A stretch of DNA of 37,554 nt, taken from NCBI GenBank assembly GCA_034660555.1, contig JAYEJL010000157.1:1-37554 (forward strand). Reading direction: 5' to 3'. The notes below the pieces were generated by a model, which was not told the origin of the DNA, made no database searches, and saw only the letters and a program-made list of their open reading frames with translations. Positions 9,430 to 18,977 of the stretch are shown here, piece after piece; the first letter of the stretch is position 1, and every line of letters begins with the position of its first letter. The translations under genes and the position numbers were made by a program. This DNA is from Thermotogota bacterium (lineage in GTDB: Bacteria > Thermotogota > Thermotogae > Petrotogales > Kosmotogaceae).

Positions 9430-10158
9430 GGCAGGGAATTTCTTACGCCATTTATGGAGTGATTTGAAGAAGTCGTCATCGATTTCAAGATATTTTATTT
9501 GGCTCACTTTTGTAAGCTTCATTTCTTTTCCCATATAGTCATATGCTATTGAAAGATGCCCGTACTCTTCTCCAATTTCGCCTACACCACTTCGATTGAC
9601 TCCGATAACAAAAGCCTGGTTTTCAATTGCTCTTGCTTTTAAAAGCGCTTTCCAGTGATCCTTTCTGCTTTTTGGCCAGCAGGCGATTACAATAAAGATT
9701 TCAACTCCCTTTGTTTCCCGAAACAGCTCGGGAAATCTCAGATCATAGCAGATTAGGTGAGATATTGAATGGTCTTTAAATTCATATTGAATACTAGAAT
9801 TTCCCGGAGTATAATATTTTTCTTCTCCCCTGTAAGTAAACAATTTTCTCTTTTTGTAATTTAAAGTTCTGTGTGTTTTGGTATCAAAAAATGTGGAACT
9901 GTTGTAGTAGCTGTTGCTGTCCTTCTCTATCCAACCAAATAAAACTGCAGTATTTTTGGATCTGGATTTTTGTATAACCGATTCAGTGTCTTGAAAACTG
10001 TGCAGTTCTTTGTTCATTGTAAAACCGGTAAAAGCCATTTCCGGAAAAACTATTAGATCTGTATCTTCTGCGGTTTGATCAATTATTTCAAGCATTTTTT
10101 GCGTATTTTTTTCAGGTTTGTTATTCACGGGTTTGAATTCGACCAGTGCTATTTTCAT
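9418..10158 (-). CDS. Nitrilase / carbon-nitrogen hydrolase family amidase
   Basis: E-K-C triad motifs VFPEM, YKKRKLF, ICYDLRFPE, plus ARAIENQ. Confidence 0.92.
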   Translation of the reverse strand: MKIALVEFKPVNNKPEKNTQKMLEIIDQTAEDTDLIVFPEMAFTGFTMNKELHSFQDTESVIQKSRSKNTAVLFGWIEKDSNSYYNSSTFFDTKTHRTLNYKKRKLFTYRGEEKYYTPGNSSIQYEFKDHSISHLICYDLRFPELFRETKGVEIFIVIACWPKSRKDHWKALLKARAIENQAFVIGVNRSGVGEIGEEYGHLSIAYDYMGKEMKLTKVSQIKYLEIDDDFFKSLHKWRKKFPALRE

Positions 10159-10769
10159 TAACTATCACATACCTTAATAATTTCATTTAGACCATCAACA
10201 AGCATTTGCTGACTTAGAGAGGGTTTATCTGAATTCTCTTCAATTTGCGATGAAGAAAGCGGGAGATGTACAAACCCTGCCCGGGTTTCAAGTTTATTGT
10301 ATTCAATAAAATGCATCACTGAATAGAAAAGATAATTACACACATACGTGCCTGCAGAATAAGAAATACTAACAGGTATGTTTTTCTCTTCCAGTGCATC
10401 TTTTATTTTTCTTACAGGCAATGAGGAGAAGTATGCATTTTTCCCTCCCGGTATTACTGGTTTGTCAATTGGCTGCTCACCTTCATTGTCCGGTATTCTT
10501 GCATCAATAATATTCACTGCAACCCTTTCGATGGATATGTTTTTCCTCCCCATAGCCTGACCAAACATCAAAATGATATCGGGATTTTCAGATGATATTG
10601 ATTTGATTAGCTTGTTTGCAGAATCCTTAAAGGTTGTTGGCAATTTAATAGCAACGATACTGGTCTTCATTTCGGGATATTGCTTAAAGTAAGCGTTAAC
10701 CGCCAATTCAGAACTATTTTCCTTTTCTTCTCCAAAGGGTTCGAAATAACTTATTAGTATTTTTTTCAT
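10158..10769 (-). CDS. pcp: Pyroglutamyl-peptidase I (C15)
   Basis: FEPFG, IERVAVN, DARIPDNEG, SAGTYVCNY, AGFVHLP. Start at ATG 10769 after GGGTGG. Stop overlaps the next start (TAATG). Confidence 0.95.
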   Translation of the reverse strand: MKKILISYFEPFGEEKENSSELAVNAYFKQYPEMKTSIVAIKLPTTFKDSANKLIKSISSENPDIILMFGQAMGRKNISIERVAVNIIDARIPDNEGEQPIDKPVIPGGKNAYFSSLPVRKIKDALEEKNIPVSISYSAGTYVCNYLFYSVMHFIEYNKLETRAGFVHLPLSSSQIEENSDKPSLSQQMLVDGLNEIIKVCDS

Positions 10770-10857
10770 TTTGAGCACCACCCTTCTTACTTAAATAATA
10801 CCTGAAAATGGCTTATTCTGAAAATCCAGGAAATTTGATAGAATTGTGAAAGAGGTG

Positions 10858-12837
10858 ATGACATTGAAGACATTGGGAATTGAAGATCTGTATAAATTTG
10901 TTAGTGTTGGTGCACCGGAGGTTCTTGATAGCAGCAGCTTTTTCTTCATAAAAAGAATACTCAACAAGAAGAACAACGAGTATCATTCAAATATCTGGAA
11001 GGCTGATATTAAAGAAAAAAGTGTTTCTGCATTTACCAGCGGGAAACACGATTCTTTTCCTAAAGTGAATAAAGAAACAAGAAAACTTGCTTTCATTTCA
11101 AGAAGAGGCAAGGAATCCAAAGAATCCGAGATTTACGTAATGAATGTTGATGGTGGAGAAGCACAAAAGATCTTTTCAACAAAGGATATCATTCTTTCCA
11201 TAGAATGGATAGATAGTAACAATTTAGGTTATCTGGCTCTCTCAAAAAATACTGAAGATAAGGATAAGAAAAAGGACAGTGATAGTGATAACAAAGAAGA
11301 AAAAGATGACAGGAAGATAATTGAGATAGATGAAATCCCCTTTGTTTCAAATGGGGTAGGTTTTCTTGAAGGGAGAACCAGAAAGGCATTTATACTTGAT
11401 ATAGAAAGCGGAAAATCGAAGCGACTTACAGATTATGAACACATCTATTCATTGAAAGCGTCACCAGAGGGTGACAAAGTCGCTTTCACGTTGCTTGAAA
11501 AACCTGAGCAGTATCCTGAAATATTTAGCCTGTTTGTCTTTGATCGTAAAAAGAATAAGATGGAGAAAATGACCTCAGATAATTACTCAGTAATGGACAT
11601 GGAATGGAAGGACAATGAAAGCATCTATCTGGTTCTAAATGACAATGAAAGAGGTTTTGCCACCAACGACTTTATAGGAATAATTACTTTAAAGGATAAA
11701 AATTTGAATATCCTTACAAAGAATAAGGATATACCTATGCACAACGCATTGAACAGCGATGTTCGAGGTGGAGGCACAAAGGATATTCTTGCATATAAGG
11801 GGAACTTCTATTTCCTGCATAACAATGGGCCAAATACTGCTATTTCCAGGATAGACGATAAAGGAAACCTGGACAAAATAGAAGAAGTTAAGGGAAGCAT
11901 AGATTCGATTAATATTATTTCAGATGACATGTATGTAATAAACTATATGGACAGCCAGAAACCTCTTGAGATTTATACACTCTCTTGCAGAAAGATGAAA
12001 CAGCTAACAAAATTTAACAGCTGGATTAAAAAGTATACCTTGTCTGTACTGGAGCATTTTGCAGTAACTGCATCTGATGGGAAAAAGCTCGACGCATGGA
12101 TTATGAAGCCCGTTGATTTTAAAGAAGAAGAGAAGTATCCAGCCATACTTGAGATTCATGGTGGGCCAAAAACAGCGTATGGATACTCTTTCATACATGA
12201 AATGCAATTGCTTGCCTCAAAAGGATACGCTGTTCTCTTTTGCAATCCAAGGGGCAGTCATGGATACAGCTCTGAATTTGCAGATATCAGTGAGCATTTT
12301 GGTGAGAGAGACTTCCAGGATATCATGGAGGTTATTGAAAAAGCCTTAAACGTTTTTGAATTTATCGACGAAGAACGCCTTGGAGTAACTGGAGGTTCAT
12401 ACGGTGGATTTATGACTAATTGGATCGTTGGGCACACGGATATCTTTAAAGCAGCAGTAACACAACGTTCCATCTCTAGCTGGACATCTTTCTATGGGAC
12501 TACTGATATAGGTTATTTCTTCTCGAAGTATCAAGTTGGAGGAGATTTCTGGGATAACGAGGATGGCTATAGAAGGCAATCACCGTTGACCTATGTTGCG
12601 AATGTTGAAACGCCGCTACTTCTCATACATTCCCTCGAAGACTTCAGATGCTGGGTACCAGAAGCAATGCAGTTTTTCACTGCATTGAGAAGATTTGGCA
12701 AAGAAGCGAGAATGGTGCTCTTCCCGGGAGAAAATCATGAATTATCCAGAGGAGGAAAACCTATTCATAGAGAAAAAAGACTCTCTGAAATAGTTAAATG
12801 GTTTGATAAATACCTCAAGACTAGTGCGGATAAATGA
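10858..12837 (+). CDS. S9 family peptidase (acylaminoacyl/dipeptidyl aminopeptidase-like)
   Basis: N-terminal propeller, EIHGGP, nucleophile GGSYGG, D in EDFRC, H in GENHELSR. Start ATG 10858 or TTG 10864. Confidence 0.93.
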   Translation: MTLKTLGIEDLYKFVSVGAPEVLDSSSFFFIKRILNKKNNEYHSNIWKADIKEKSVSAFTSGKHDSFPKVNKETRKLAFISRRGKESKESEIYVMNVDGGEAQKIFSTKDIILSIEWIDSNNLGYLALSKNTEDKDKKKDSDSDNKEEKDDRKIIEIDEIPFVSNGVGFLEGRTRKAFILDIESGKSKRLTDYEHIYSLKASPEGDKVAFTLLEKPEQYPEIFSLFVFDRKKNKMEKMTSDNYSVMDMEWKDNESIYLVLNDNERGFATNDFIGIITLKDKNLNILTKNKDIPMHNALNSDVRGGGTKDILAYKGNFYFLHNNGPNTAISRIDDKGNLDKIEEVKGSIDSINIISDDMYVINYMDSQKPLEIYTLSCRKMKQLTKFNSWIKKYTLSVLEHFAVTASDGKKLDAWIMKPVDFKEEEKYPAILEIHGGPKTAYGYSFIHEMQLLASKGYAVLFCNPRGSHGYSSEFADISEHFGERDFQDIMEVIEKALNVFEFIDEERLGVTGGSYGGFMTNWIVGHTDIFKAAVTQRSISSWTSFYGTTDIGYFFSKYQVGGDFWDNEDGYRRQSPLTYVANVETPLLLIHSLEDFRCWVPEAMQFFTALRRFGKEARMVLFPGENHELSRGGKPIHREKRLSEIVKWFDKYLKTSADK

Positions 12838-13859
12838 TAATCAGAGAAGCCACTCCCGAAGACAACGAAAAGCTCATTGAGATAGAGAAAAAATCCGCTC
12901 AGGAAGGAAAAATATGGTTAACATCTTTCAGAAAAGACTTTTTTCATAAGCTGAATTACTTTGACGAACGGTTCATGTTAATAGCAGAGGATGAAGATAA
13001 TGGAGAAATTATTGGATGTGTGGGAGCGGGCTTTGGCGATTACTGGCTTGAAGACAAGAAACAAAGGGGAGCATTTGTGCTTGGTCTCAGAACGAATCCC
13101 AAATATAGAATGAAGGTGGCCAGGTGGTTAAAAGAAGTAATTAAGCAGATGGAGAAGATGCTAAGAAATTCGACAGCTGATTTTGCTTTTGGGACTGTAA
13201 AATCGGACAACATCAATTCCATTAAAATTCTGAAACACAAGCACCTTCAAAAAACCAGAACACTTAATTTCTATGTTTTGCCCGTTACCAGACCTTTGGG
13301 GCCAAAGGAAATTGAGCTGGAAGATGAGCCACCGAAGAATATTCTCAATGATTATCTAGAAAAAAGGAAGGAAGAGTATGATCTTGTTCCCCTTGATCTT
13401 GATAGGTGTTTCTTTGAAAAACTCAGAGGTAAAAAAAGATTGACTGCTTTAAGGTATAAGAGCGCACAGGCTCTTGTATGGGATACATCGGGGGAATATG
13501 ACATTGGAATAACCGCTTTACCACCCGGGTTGATGTTTTTGAGAAATACACTGGATTATGCTTCTAAGATTGCTCCACTTGTACGTGTTCCAAAGCTTCA
13601 CAAACCAATAAAGACGTGTTTTGTCATCCAGTTTGATTACGAAAGAGAACGAGATGGTTGGAACATGGTGCGTGGTATAAAGCGCCTGGCATGGGAAAGA
13701 AAGATCGATCTCATTAATTTTGCAGAAGATTCTGAATTGAAAAAGATCAGAAAGGTTTTGGGAACTTTGGTTTTCACCATTCCATTTGATGTTTATATAA
13801 GAGACAGATTTGATAGTGAGAAAAAACTCAAACCCATTCACTGGCCCCCAAGAATATAA
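12834..13859 (+). CDS. GNAT family N-acetyltransferase (probably tandem GNAT fold)
   Basis: MIIREATPEDNE, GEIIGCV, LRTNPKYR, DNINS. ATGA overlap with the S9 gene. Confidence 0.75.
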   Translation: MIIREATPEDNEKLIEIEKKSAQEGKIWLTSFRKDFFHKLNYFDERFMLIAEDEDNGEIIGCVGAGFGDYWLEDKKQRGAFVLGLRTNPKYRMKVARWLKEVIKQMEKMLRNSTADFAFGTVKSDNINSIKILKHKHLQKTRTLNFYVLPVTRPLGPKEIELEDEPPKNILNDYLEKRKEEYDLVPLDLDRCFFEKLRGKKRLTALRYKSAQALVWDTSGEYDIGITALPPGLMFLRNTLDYASKIAPLVRVPKLHKPIKTCFVIQFDYERERDGWNMVRGIKRLAWERKIDLINFAEDSELKKIRKVLGTLVFTIPFDVYIRDRFDSEKKLKPIHWPPRI

Positions 13860-13880
13860 TTAGTTTTTGCTTTTCTAATG

Positions 13881-15407
13881 TTAGATATTTATTGCCTTTT
13901 TTCTATATTGAATAGCTTCTGCGATGTGCTTTTTGTACACTTTGGTACCGCCCTCAAGGGTTGCAATGGTTAGTGCAACCTTAAGAACTTTGTCTATACT
14001 TCTACCTGTAAATTTCAAACGCTCAACTGCTGATTCAAGAAGCATTTTCGCTCCGAAATCGATTTCGAGAACTTCCTCTAGCTGCCTGTGGCTCAATTGA
14101 CTGTTTGAATAGATGCCATGATTTCTCAGTTTATTTAGTTGTATCTTTCTGGCTTCCTCAACGCGATCTCTAACCTGGGTACTGGTTTCACCGTGTTTTT
14201 CTGAAGCATAATCGCCATATTCAAGTCTGGGCATGTCTACGAACATATCAATTCTGTCTTCAAGTGGACCAGAAATCTTTCTGTTGTACCGTTTTATATC
14301 ATTCCAGTTGCAGGAACATTCATGGCTGGGATCGCCGTACCAGCCACAGGGGCACGGATTTTGTGCAAGAACCAGCATGAATCTTGATGGATAACTGGCT
14401 GTAATTTTTGCGCGTGAGATATTGACTACTCCATCTTCAAGAGGCTGCCTTAATGCCTCTACCGCGTCTCTTCTGAATTCAGGGAATTCATCAAGAAACA
14501 ACACGCCGTTGTGAGAGAGACTTATTTCGCCTGGTTTTGCATTGGTTCCGCCACCAATTACAGAAATGGTTGAGGCGGTATGATGAGGGGATCTGAATGG
14601 TCGTTGGGTAACTAAGCCTTTGCCATCAAGCAAACCAGCAACGCTGTATATCTTTGTAGTTTCTATAGCCTCTTCAAGGGTCATCCTTGGTAATATTCCA
14701 GGGAATCGCCTGGCCAGCATGGTTTTCCCGCATCCGGGAGATCCTCGAAGTAGAATGTTATGTCCACCAGCTGCAGCAATTTCAGCTGCTCGTTTTGCAA
14801 ATTCCTGGCCTTTAATATCTGATATATCTTCTTCTGATTCCTGCTGAAAAACAGGCTCGAAGTATTCAACAGGATTTTTTGAAATCTCGTGGTTAAGAAA
14901 CTGAACAAGCTCTCCCAGATTTTTTACTGTGATAACCTCTATTCCTTTAAGAACAGAGGCTTCAGATCTGTTCCCGTGAGGAAGAATCACAGTAGGTTTT
15001 TTCTTTCGCTTCATCAAACTCAGAAGGATTGGAAGAACTCCCCTTACTTTTCTAACGGTACCATCAAGACCCAGCTCTCCAAAAAACAAATAATCATCCA
15101 GTTCGTCCTTTATTACAGATGAACCTTTGAGTATACCCACAGCCATTGGCAAATCAAGATATGATCCTTCTTTCTTTACATCGCTTGGAGCAAGGTTTAT
15201 TGTTACCCTTGCCTGTGGAAATGAAAAGCCTGAATTAATCATGGCACTTTTCACACGTTTTTTGCTTTCTTTTATTACTGTATCTCCAAGACCTACTACA
15301 TCGATTTCATGAAGAACAGCCTTTTTGTCAATGTCCACTTCAATTATTACCTCAATTACTTCAAGACCAATTGTTGTAACGCTTTTTACTCTCGCATATC
15401 TCTTCAA
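13881..15407 (-). CDS. comM: YifB/ComM Mg-chelatase-like AAA+ ATPase
   Basis: INLAPSDVKKEGSYLDL, GELGLDG, GSPGCGKT, PFRSPHH, LFLDE, NPCPCG. TTG start with AGGAGG RBS. Confidence 0.93.
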   Translation of the reverse strand: MKRYARVKSVTTIGLEVIEVIIEVDIDKKAVLHEIDVVGLGDTVIKESKKRVKSAMINSGFSFPQARVTINLAPSDVKKEGSYLDLPMAVGILKGSSVIKDELDDYLFFGELGLDGTVRKVRGVLPILLSLMKRKKKPTVILPHGNRSEASVLKGIEVITVKNLGELVQFLNHEISKNPVEYFEPVFQQESEEDISDIKGQEFAKRAAEIAAAGGHNILLRGSPGCGKTMLARRFPGILPRMTLEEAIETTKIYSVAGLLDGKGLVTQRPFRSPHHTASTISVIGGGTNAKPGEISLSHNGVLFLDEFPEFRRDAVEALRQPLEDGVVNISRAKITASYPSRFMLVLAQNPCPCGWYGDPSHECSCNWNDIKRYNRKISGPLEDRIDMFVDMPRLEYGDYASEKHGETSTQVRDRVEEARKIQLNKLRNHGIYSNSQLSHRQLEEVLEIDFGAKMLLESAVERLKFTGRSIDKVLKVALTIATLEGGTKVYKKHIAEAIQYRKKAINI

Positions 15408-15432
15408 AACCCGCCCTCCTTAAAAACATATT

Positions 15433-15468
15433 AAAAAACGGACATACTCTACAAGGAGAGCATTTCCG
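15433..15468 (-). terminator. Rho-independent terminator of the encapsulin operon
   Basis: Minus strand CGGAAATGCTCT-CCTTGT-AGAGTATGTCCG followed by TTTTTT. Confidence 0.7.
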
Positions 15469-15492
15469 GATATTATCATAATCATATTTCAA

Positions 15493-16287
15493 TTATCCTA
15501 GTCTTAATACTGCTTCCGGTGTAATTATCTGGAAGGTTAGAGACTCGATAAAGTAGAATCTTACCTTATCCTTAAGTTCGTCTTCATAGCCTAGAGACAT
15601 ATCCTGGCCCACTACAAGTTTAAGATCTCCACCTCTCAAAGAAACCAGGAATGGATGATCAAAACGTGGTGAAAGAATGATTTCACCATCAGAGAGAAGG
15701 TCTTTGACCAATCTGTTTAACGGATAACCCTGGTTTTCTGCAATTAATTTGGACCACTGTTTTCTGTCAATAACAAGGGCAAAAGGACCTTCTACGCCTT
15801 CTTTTTTAAATTCTGAAAGTGACTGATTTATACCCTGTAATAGAGAAGAAGGACTATCAGTTTTAACGTTCATTTTTCTTTCTTCAAGAACTGATTTCAA
15901 TCCCTTTATATTTGCACTTTCCAGCCCTGTATAGATGAGATTATCCTCAAATTCAGCAATTTTTCTAGCTGCATCATCAAGTGGTTCGAGATCTACAGAT
16001 GGGTTACCTCTATTCATATCATCGAGAAGCCTCTTGTCCAGTTCAAAAGGAATTTTCAGTTCTAGTAAAGGAAGAACTTCTCTCTTTGCCCAGTAAACTC
16101 CTGCAGCTTCCCGAACTTGTGATATTCTCCCCAGGTGTTGGGCAGAAAATTGCCAACCATGAGGTCCGTCAATATCTACAAACTTTCTTGCGTATAACTC
16201 GGGTTTTAGTACCTCTCTAGCACGGTCATCAATTTCTTCCCATACTTCATCGGTAACAGGAGCTATATTACTCTTTAAAAAATCCAT
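15493..16287 (-). CDS. Family 1 encapsulin shell protein (Linocin M18/maritimacin-like)
   Basis: W..ID.RA, ARKFVDIDGPHG, IAEFED, GVEGPF, GYPL, SLRGGD.KL.VGQD.SLGY, ESLTF...PEA; 264 aa. Confidence 0.96.
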   Translation of the reverse strand: MDFLKSNIAPVTDEVWEEIDDRAREVLKPELYARKFVDIDGPHGWQFSAQHLGRISQVREAAGVYWAKREVLPLLELKIPFELDKRLLDDMNRGNPSVDLEPLDDAARKIAEFEDNLIYTGLESANIKGLKSVLEERKMNVKTDSPSSLLQGINQSLSEFKKEGVEGPFALVIDRKQWSKLIAENQGYPLNRLVKDLLSDGEIILSPRFDHPFLVSLRGGDLKLVVGQDMSLGYEDELKDKVRFYFIESLTFQIITPEAVLRLG

Positions 16288-16298
16288 AATTTCACCTC

Positions 16299-16628
16299 TT
16301 ACTTCTTGCTTAGTCCTAGATCGTTTCCTGATCCTTCGCTTTCTCCATCCTCTTCGATTTCTGTTATGGAACCTTCAGTGAACAAATATGTTTTCAACTC
16401 GTCATCCCAGGCTTCCATATTTCTTCTAAGCCATTCGATGATCATGGCAGCATGTTCAATTTCTTCATCACGGTTATGTTCCAGGATTGCTTTAATCGAT
16501 TCATCTTTTGCGACATCAGCTCTCTGGTTGTACCAGTCAATCGCTTCAACCTCTTCTTTTAAACTATTCAATGCTCTGGTAATATCCTTAGCTTTTTCTG
16601 AAAGTTCATTCAAATCTTCATGATACAT
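16299..16628 (-). CDS. Encapsulated ferritin-like protein (Flp/EncFtn) with C-terminal cargo-loading peptide
   Basis: SLKEEVEAIDWYNQR, HNRDEEIEH, EWLRR, YLFT. Acidic linker then GNDLGLSKK. Directly upstream of the shell gene. Confidence 0.95.
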   Translation of the reverse strand: MYHEDLNELSEKAKDITRALNSLKEEVEAIDWYNQRADVAKDESIKAILEHNRDEEIEHAAMIIEWLRRNMEAWDDELKTYLFTEGSITEIEEDGESEGSGNDLGLSKK

Positions 16629-16653
16629 AATTATCCCTCCTTCTGTCTATATA

Positions 16654-16681
16654 ATTATAACAAGTTTAAATAGTAATTCAA
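16654..16681 (-). promoter_or_regulatory. Sigma70-type promoter of the flp-encapsulin operon
   Basis: TTGAAT-16 nt-TATAAT with TGn extension (TGTTATAAT). Confidence 0.6.
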
Positions 16682-16704
16682 ATGTCGTATAATCAGAATT
16701 TCAG

Positions 16705-16732
16705 AAAAAAAAGGACCCGTGTTTGCGGGTCC
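16705..16732 (-). terminator. Rho-independent terminator after the amidohydrolase
   Basis: GGACCCG-CAAACA-CGGGTCC followed by T8 on the minus strand. Confidence 0.85.
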
Positions 16733-16758
16733 GGATTACATTTCATAAGAAAAAATCT

Positions 16759-17913
16759 TTAAAGTGAAAAAACCTTTTTACCTTCGATGTAAACTTGTTC
16801 AGCTCTGGCTCTAAGGTTAAAGGGATGCTCGTTCCATACTACAATATCGGCATCTTTTCCTTTGTCTAACGTTCCGGTTCTGTTGTCTATTCCAATAATT
16901 TTCGCAGGATTTATGGTAACCATTCTCAGCAGATCTTCCTCTTTTGATCCAAATCTTAAAGCTGTCCCAAGATTTATGTTTGCAAGTTCTAGATGCAGTA
17001 CAGGGTGATCACACATCATTGCTGCGAGGATTCCTTTCTCATTGATAATCTTGACAGCTTCGTAAGTAGCATCTTTAAGCTCCAACTTTGACCGGGTACC
17101 AAAAAGCGGACCGAGGATTACTGGGATGTTCTTCTTTTTCAGGTAATCCGCAATTTTATAGCCTTCCGTTGCGTGTTCAATAACAGCATCAAATCCGAAC
17201 TCTTCAGATATTCTTATTCCTGTAAGAATATCATCCGCTCTATGTGCGTGGATTCTTGCTGGCATTTCTCTTTTCAAAACCATTTCTCCGATTTCAAGCT
17301 GAATATCTATTTCATCGAATTCTTTGTTCTCTTTTGCGGCATTTTCTTTCTTCTTCATGTAGTTTCTGACTTTTTGGAAATATTTCCTAATAATTGCACC
17401 AACACCTAACCTTGTGCCTGGCATTTGTTTCTTTTCACTGTAAACACGTTTCGGATTTTCTCCTGTTGCCATTTTTAAACCTGCGGGTTGTTTCAAAACC
17501 ATTTCATCCACTATTTTTGATTTGAATTTTATTATGGCTCCCTGACCGCCAATAGGATTGGCACTTCCAGGTACAACAAAAACAGTTGTTACACCACCAG
17601 CAAGTGCTCTGTTGATAGCGCTGTCTTCAGGATAAAAGGCATCCAGTACCCTTACCTCAGCTGTTACCGGGTCGGTAATTTCATTTGTGTCATCGTAATA
17701 GTATCCAACACCTTCTTCTGAAACTCCAATGTGTGAGTGGGCATCGATAAATCCGGGAAAAATGTATTTTCCACTGACATCTACTAACTCCGCATTTGAA
17801 GAATCGATTTTTTCTCCTATGTCCTCTATTAAGCCATCTTTAATTAATATATCGCCTTTAAATGGCTGTGATGAAATAGGATAAATTGTTGCTCCTTTGA
17901 AAAGTATTTCCAT
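16759..17913 (-). CDS. Metal-dependent amidohydrolase
   Basis: PGFIDAHSHIG, KMATGENPK, IHAHRADD, EHATE, CDHP, TINPA, GKDADIVVW. RBS GGAGGT favours ATG 17913. Confidence 0.92.
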   Translation of the reverse strand: MEILFKGATIYPISSQPFKGDILIKDGLIEDIGEKIDSSNAELVDVSGKYIFPGFIDAHSHIGVSEEGVGYYYDDTNEITDPVTAEVRVLDAFYPEDSAINRALAGGVTTVFVVPGSANPIGGQGAIIKFKSKIVDEMVLKQPAGLKMATGENPKRVYSEKKQMPGTRLGVGAIIRKYFQKVRNYMKKKENAAKENKEFDEIDIQLEIGEMVLKREMPARIHAHRADDILTGIRISEEFGFDAVIEHATEGYKIADYLKKKNIPVILGPLFGTRSKLELKDATYEAVKIINEKGILAAMMCDHPVLHLELANINLGTALRFGSKEEDLLRMVTINPAKIIGIDNRTGTLDKGKDADIVVWNEHPFNLRARAEQVYIEGKKVFSL

Positions 17914-18019
17914 TACTCGCACCTCCATTAATTAGTTTAACAAATTAATCCTAGCAAAATAGTATGTTTTTTGCAAATTAATAAATCAATATATACTTAC
18001 ATAAACACTGTTGAATAAT

Positions 18020-18051
18020 AAAAAAGCCTTCTCTCTAGAGAGAAGGCTTTT
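18020..18051 (-). terminator. Intrinsic terminator (perfect 30-nt palindrome, possibly bidirectional)
   Basis: AAAAGCCTTCTCTCTAGAGAGAAGGCTTTT at 18022-18051. Confidence 0.88.
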
Positions 18052-18065
18052 ACTGTCAAAATGCA

Positions 18066-18635
18066 TTATCTCATTTTATAATCCCAGAGGATTGTACTGA
18101 TAGTTTCCTCGCCGTCTTCCATTGTTACGTTCAACAATGGAAATGGAATATTTTCGTTCAATACCCAATATTTCATTATTTCGTTATTTTCATCGTAGTA
18201 CACAACTTTTACTCCTGAATATGTTCTATTTTTTCCCTGAACAGTCATTTGGCCCTCGTATTTGATTTTTCCGCCTACCATAAATAGATTGGTAGTTACC
18301 ATTTCTTCGAAATCGACTGCAGATAGTACCATCAATGTGATGAAATCAAACATTGTATACATACTAAGTGCAGCTGACTGTCCAAACAGTATTGAAGAAT
18401 CCAATACTGCATCGGGTGGCATCTCATATATTGTTTCGTTTGTGACCTTATATCCCTGATTGGTTAATTCAATCTTTACACCATAGATGATTTCGCCAAT
18501 TCCTTCTTCATCTTCATCAAATCCCGTGGTTTTGTAATAAACATACTCAACATTAGAATAATCCTCAAGAGCTGTCCAGGAAAAACCTGCTGAGCATATG
18601 AGTAAAATAAGCAGTCCCAGTAACGCTTTTTTCAT
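18066..18635 (-). CDS. Hypothetical exported protein
   Basis: Signal peptide MKKALLGLLILLICSAGFS, RBS AAGGGGTG, its own terminator. Confidence 0.75.
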   Translation of the reverse strand: MKKALLGLLILLICSAGFSWTALEDYSNVEYVYYKTTGFDEDEEGIGEIIYGVKIELTNQGYKVTNETIYEMPPDAVLDSSILFGQSAALSMYTMFDFITLMVLSAVDFEEMVTTNLFMVGGKIKYEGQMTVQGKNRTYSGVKVVYYDENNEIMKYWVLNENIPFPLLNVTMEDGEETISTILWDYKMR

Positions 18636-18977
18636 TCAATCACCCCTTAAATACGCCTTTTTGGCAGTCAACTATAAGGGATTTTACCATATTACAATCG
18701 TAAAACAATTATTTTTACAGACTGTACTGTAAGATATGGATAAAGCAAAATAACTATAAATGCTATTTCTGATTTTGAATTAACTAATCTTTTACATTTG
18801 ATGTCCAGAAAATAAAATCACTATTTTTGTCATAAAGAGTTTTATTTTAAAAGAGTATTACTATATAAGGAGTTAATATGTATGAATAAGGCAATAAAAC
18901 AAAGCAATCACATTAATGTTTTATAAAAGTATGCTAAAATTGCGTTCGTAAGCCACTTCATACAAGGAGGAGCACTT

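Noticed and set aside
13881..16628. ComM-like ATPase as part of the encapsulin system
   Set aside because: A terminator at 15433-15468 separates them, and comM/yifB is a widespread standalone gene with no cargo peptide.
16648..16662. PerR/Fur box at the flp promoter (TATAATTATA)
   Set aside because: Only a partial match that coincides with the -10 box in very AT-rich DNA; not distinguishable from chance.
18636..18682. SD-sequestering hairpin (CCCTTA/TAAGGG) as RNA thermometer or riboswitch
   Set aside because: The 5' arm lies directly after a TGGTAAAAT -10 box and would fall upstream of the probable TSS; no aptamer motif recognised.
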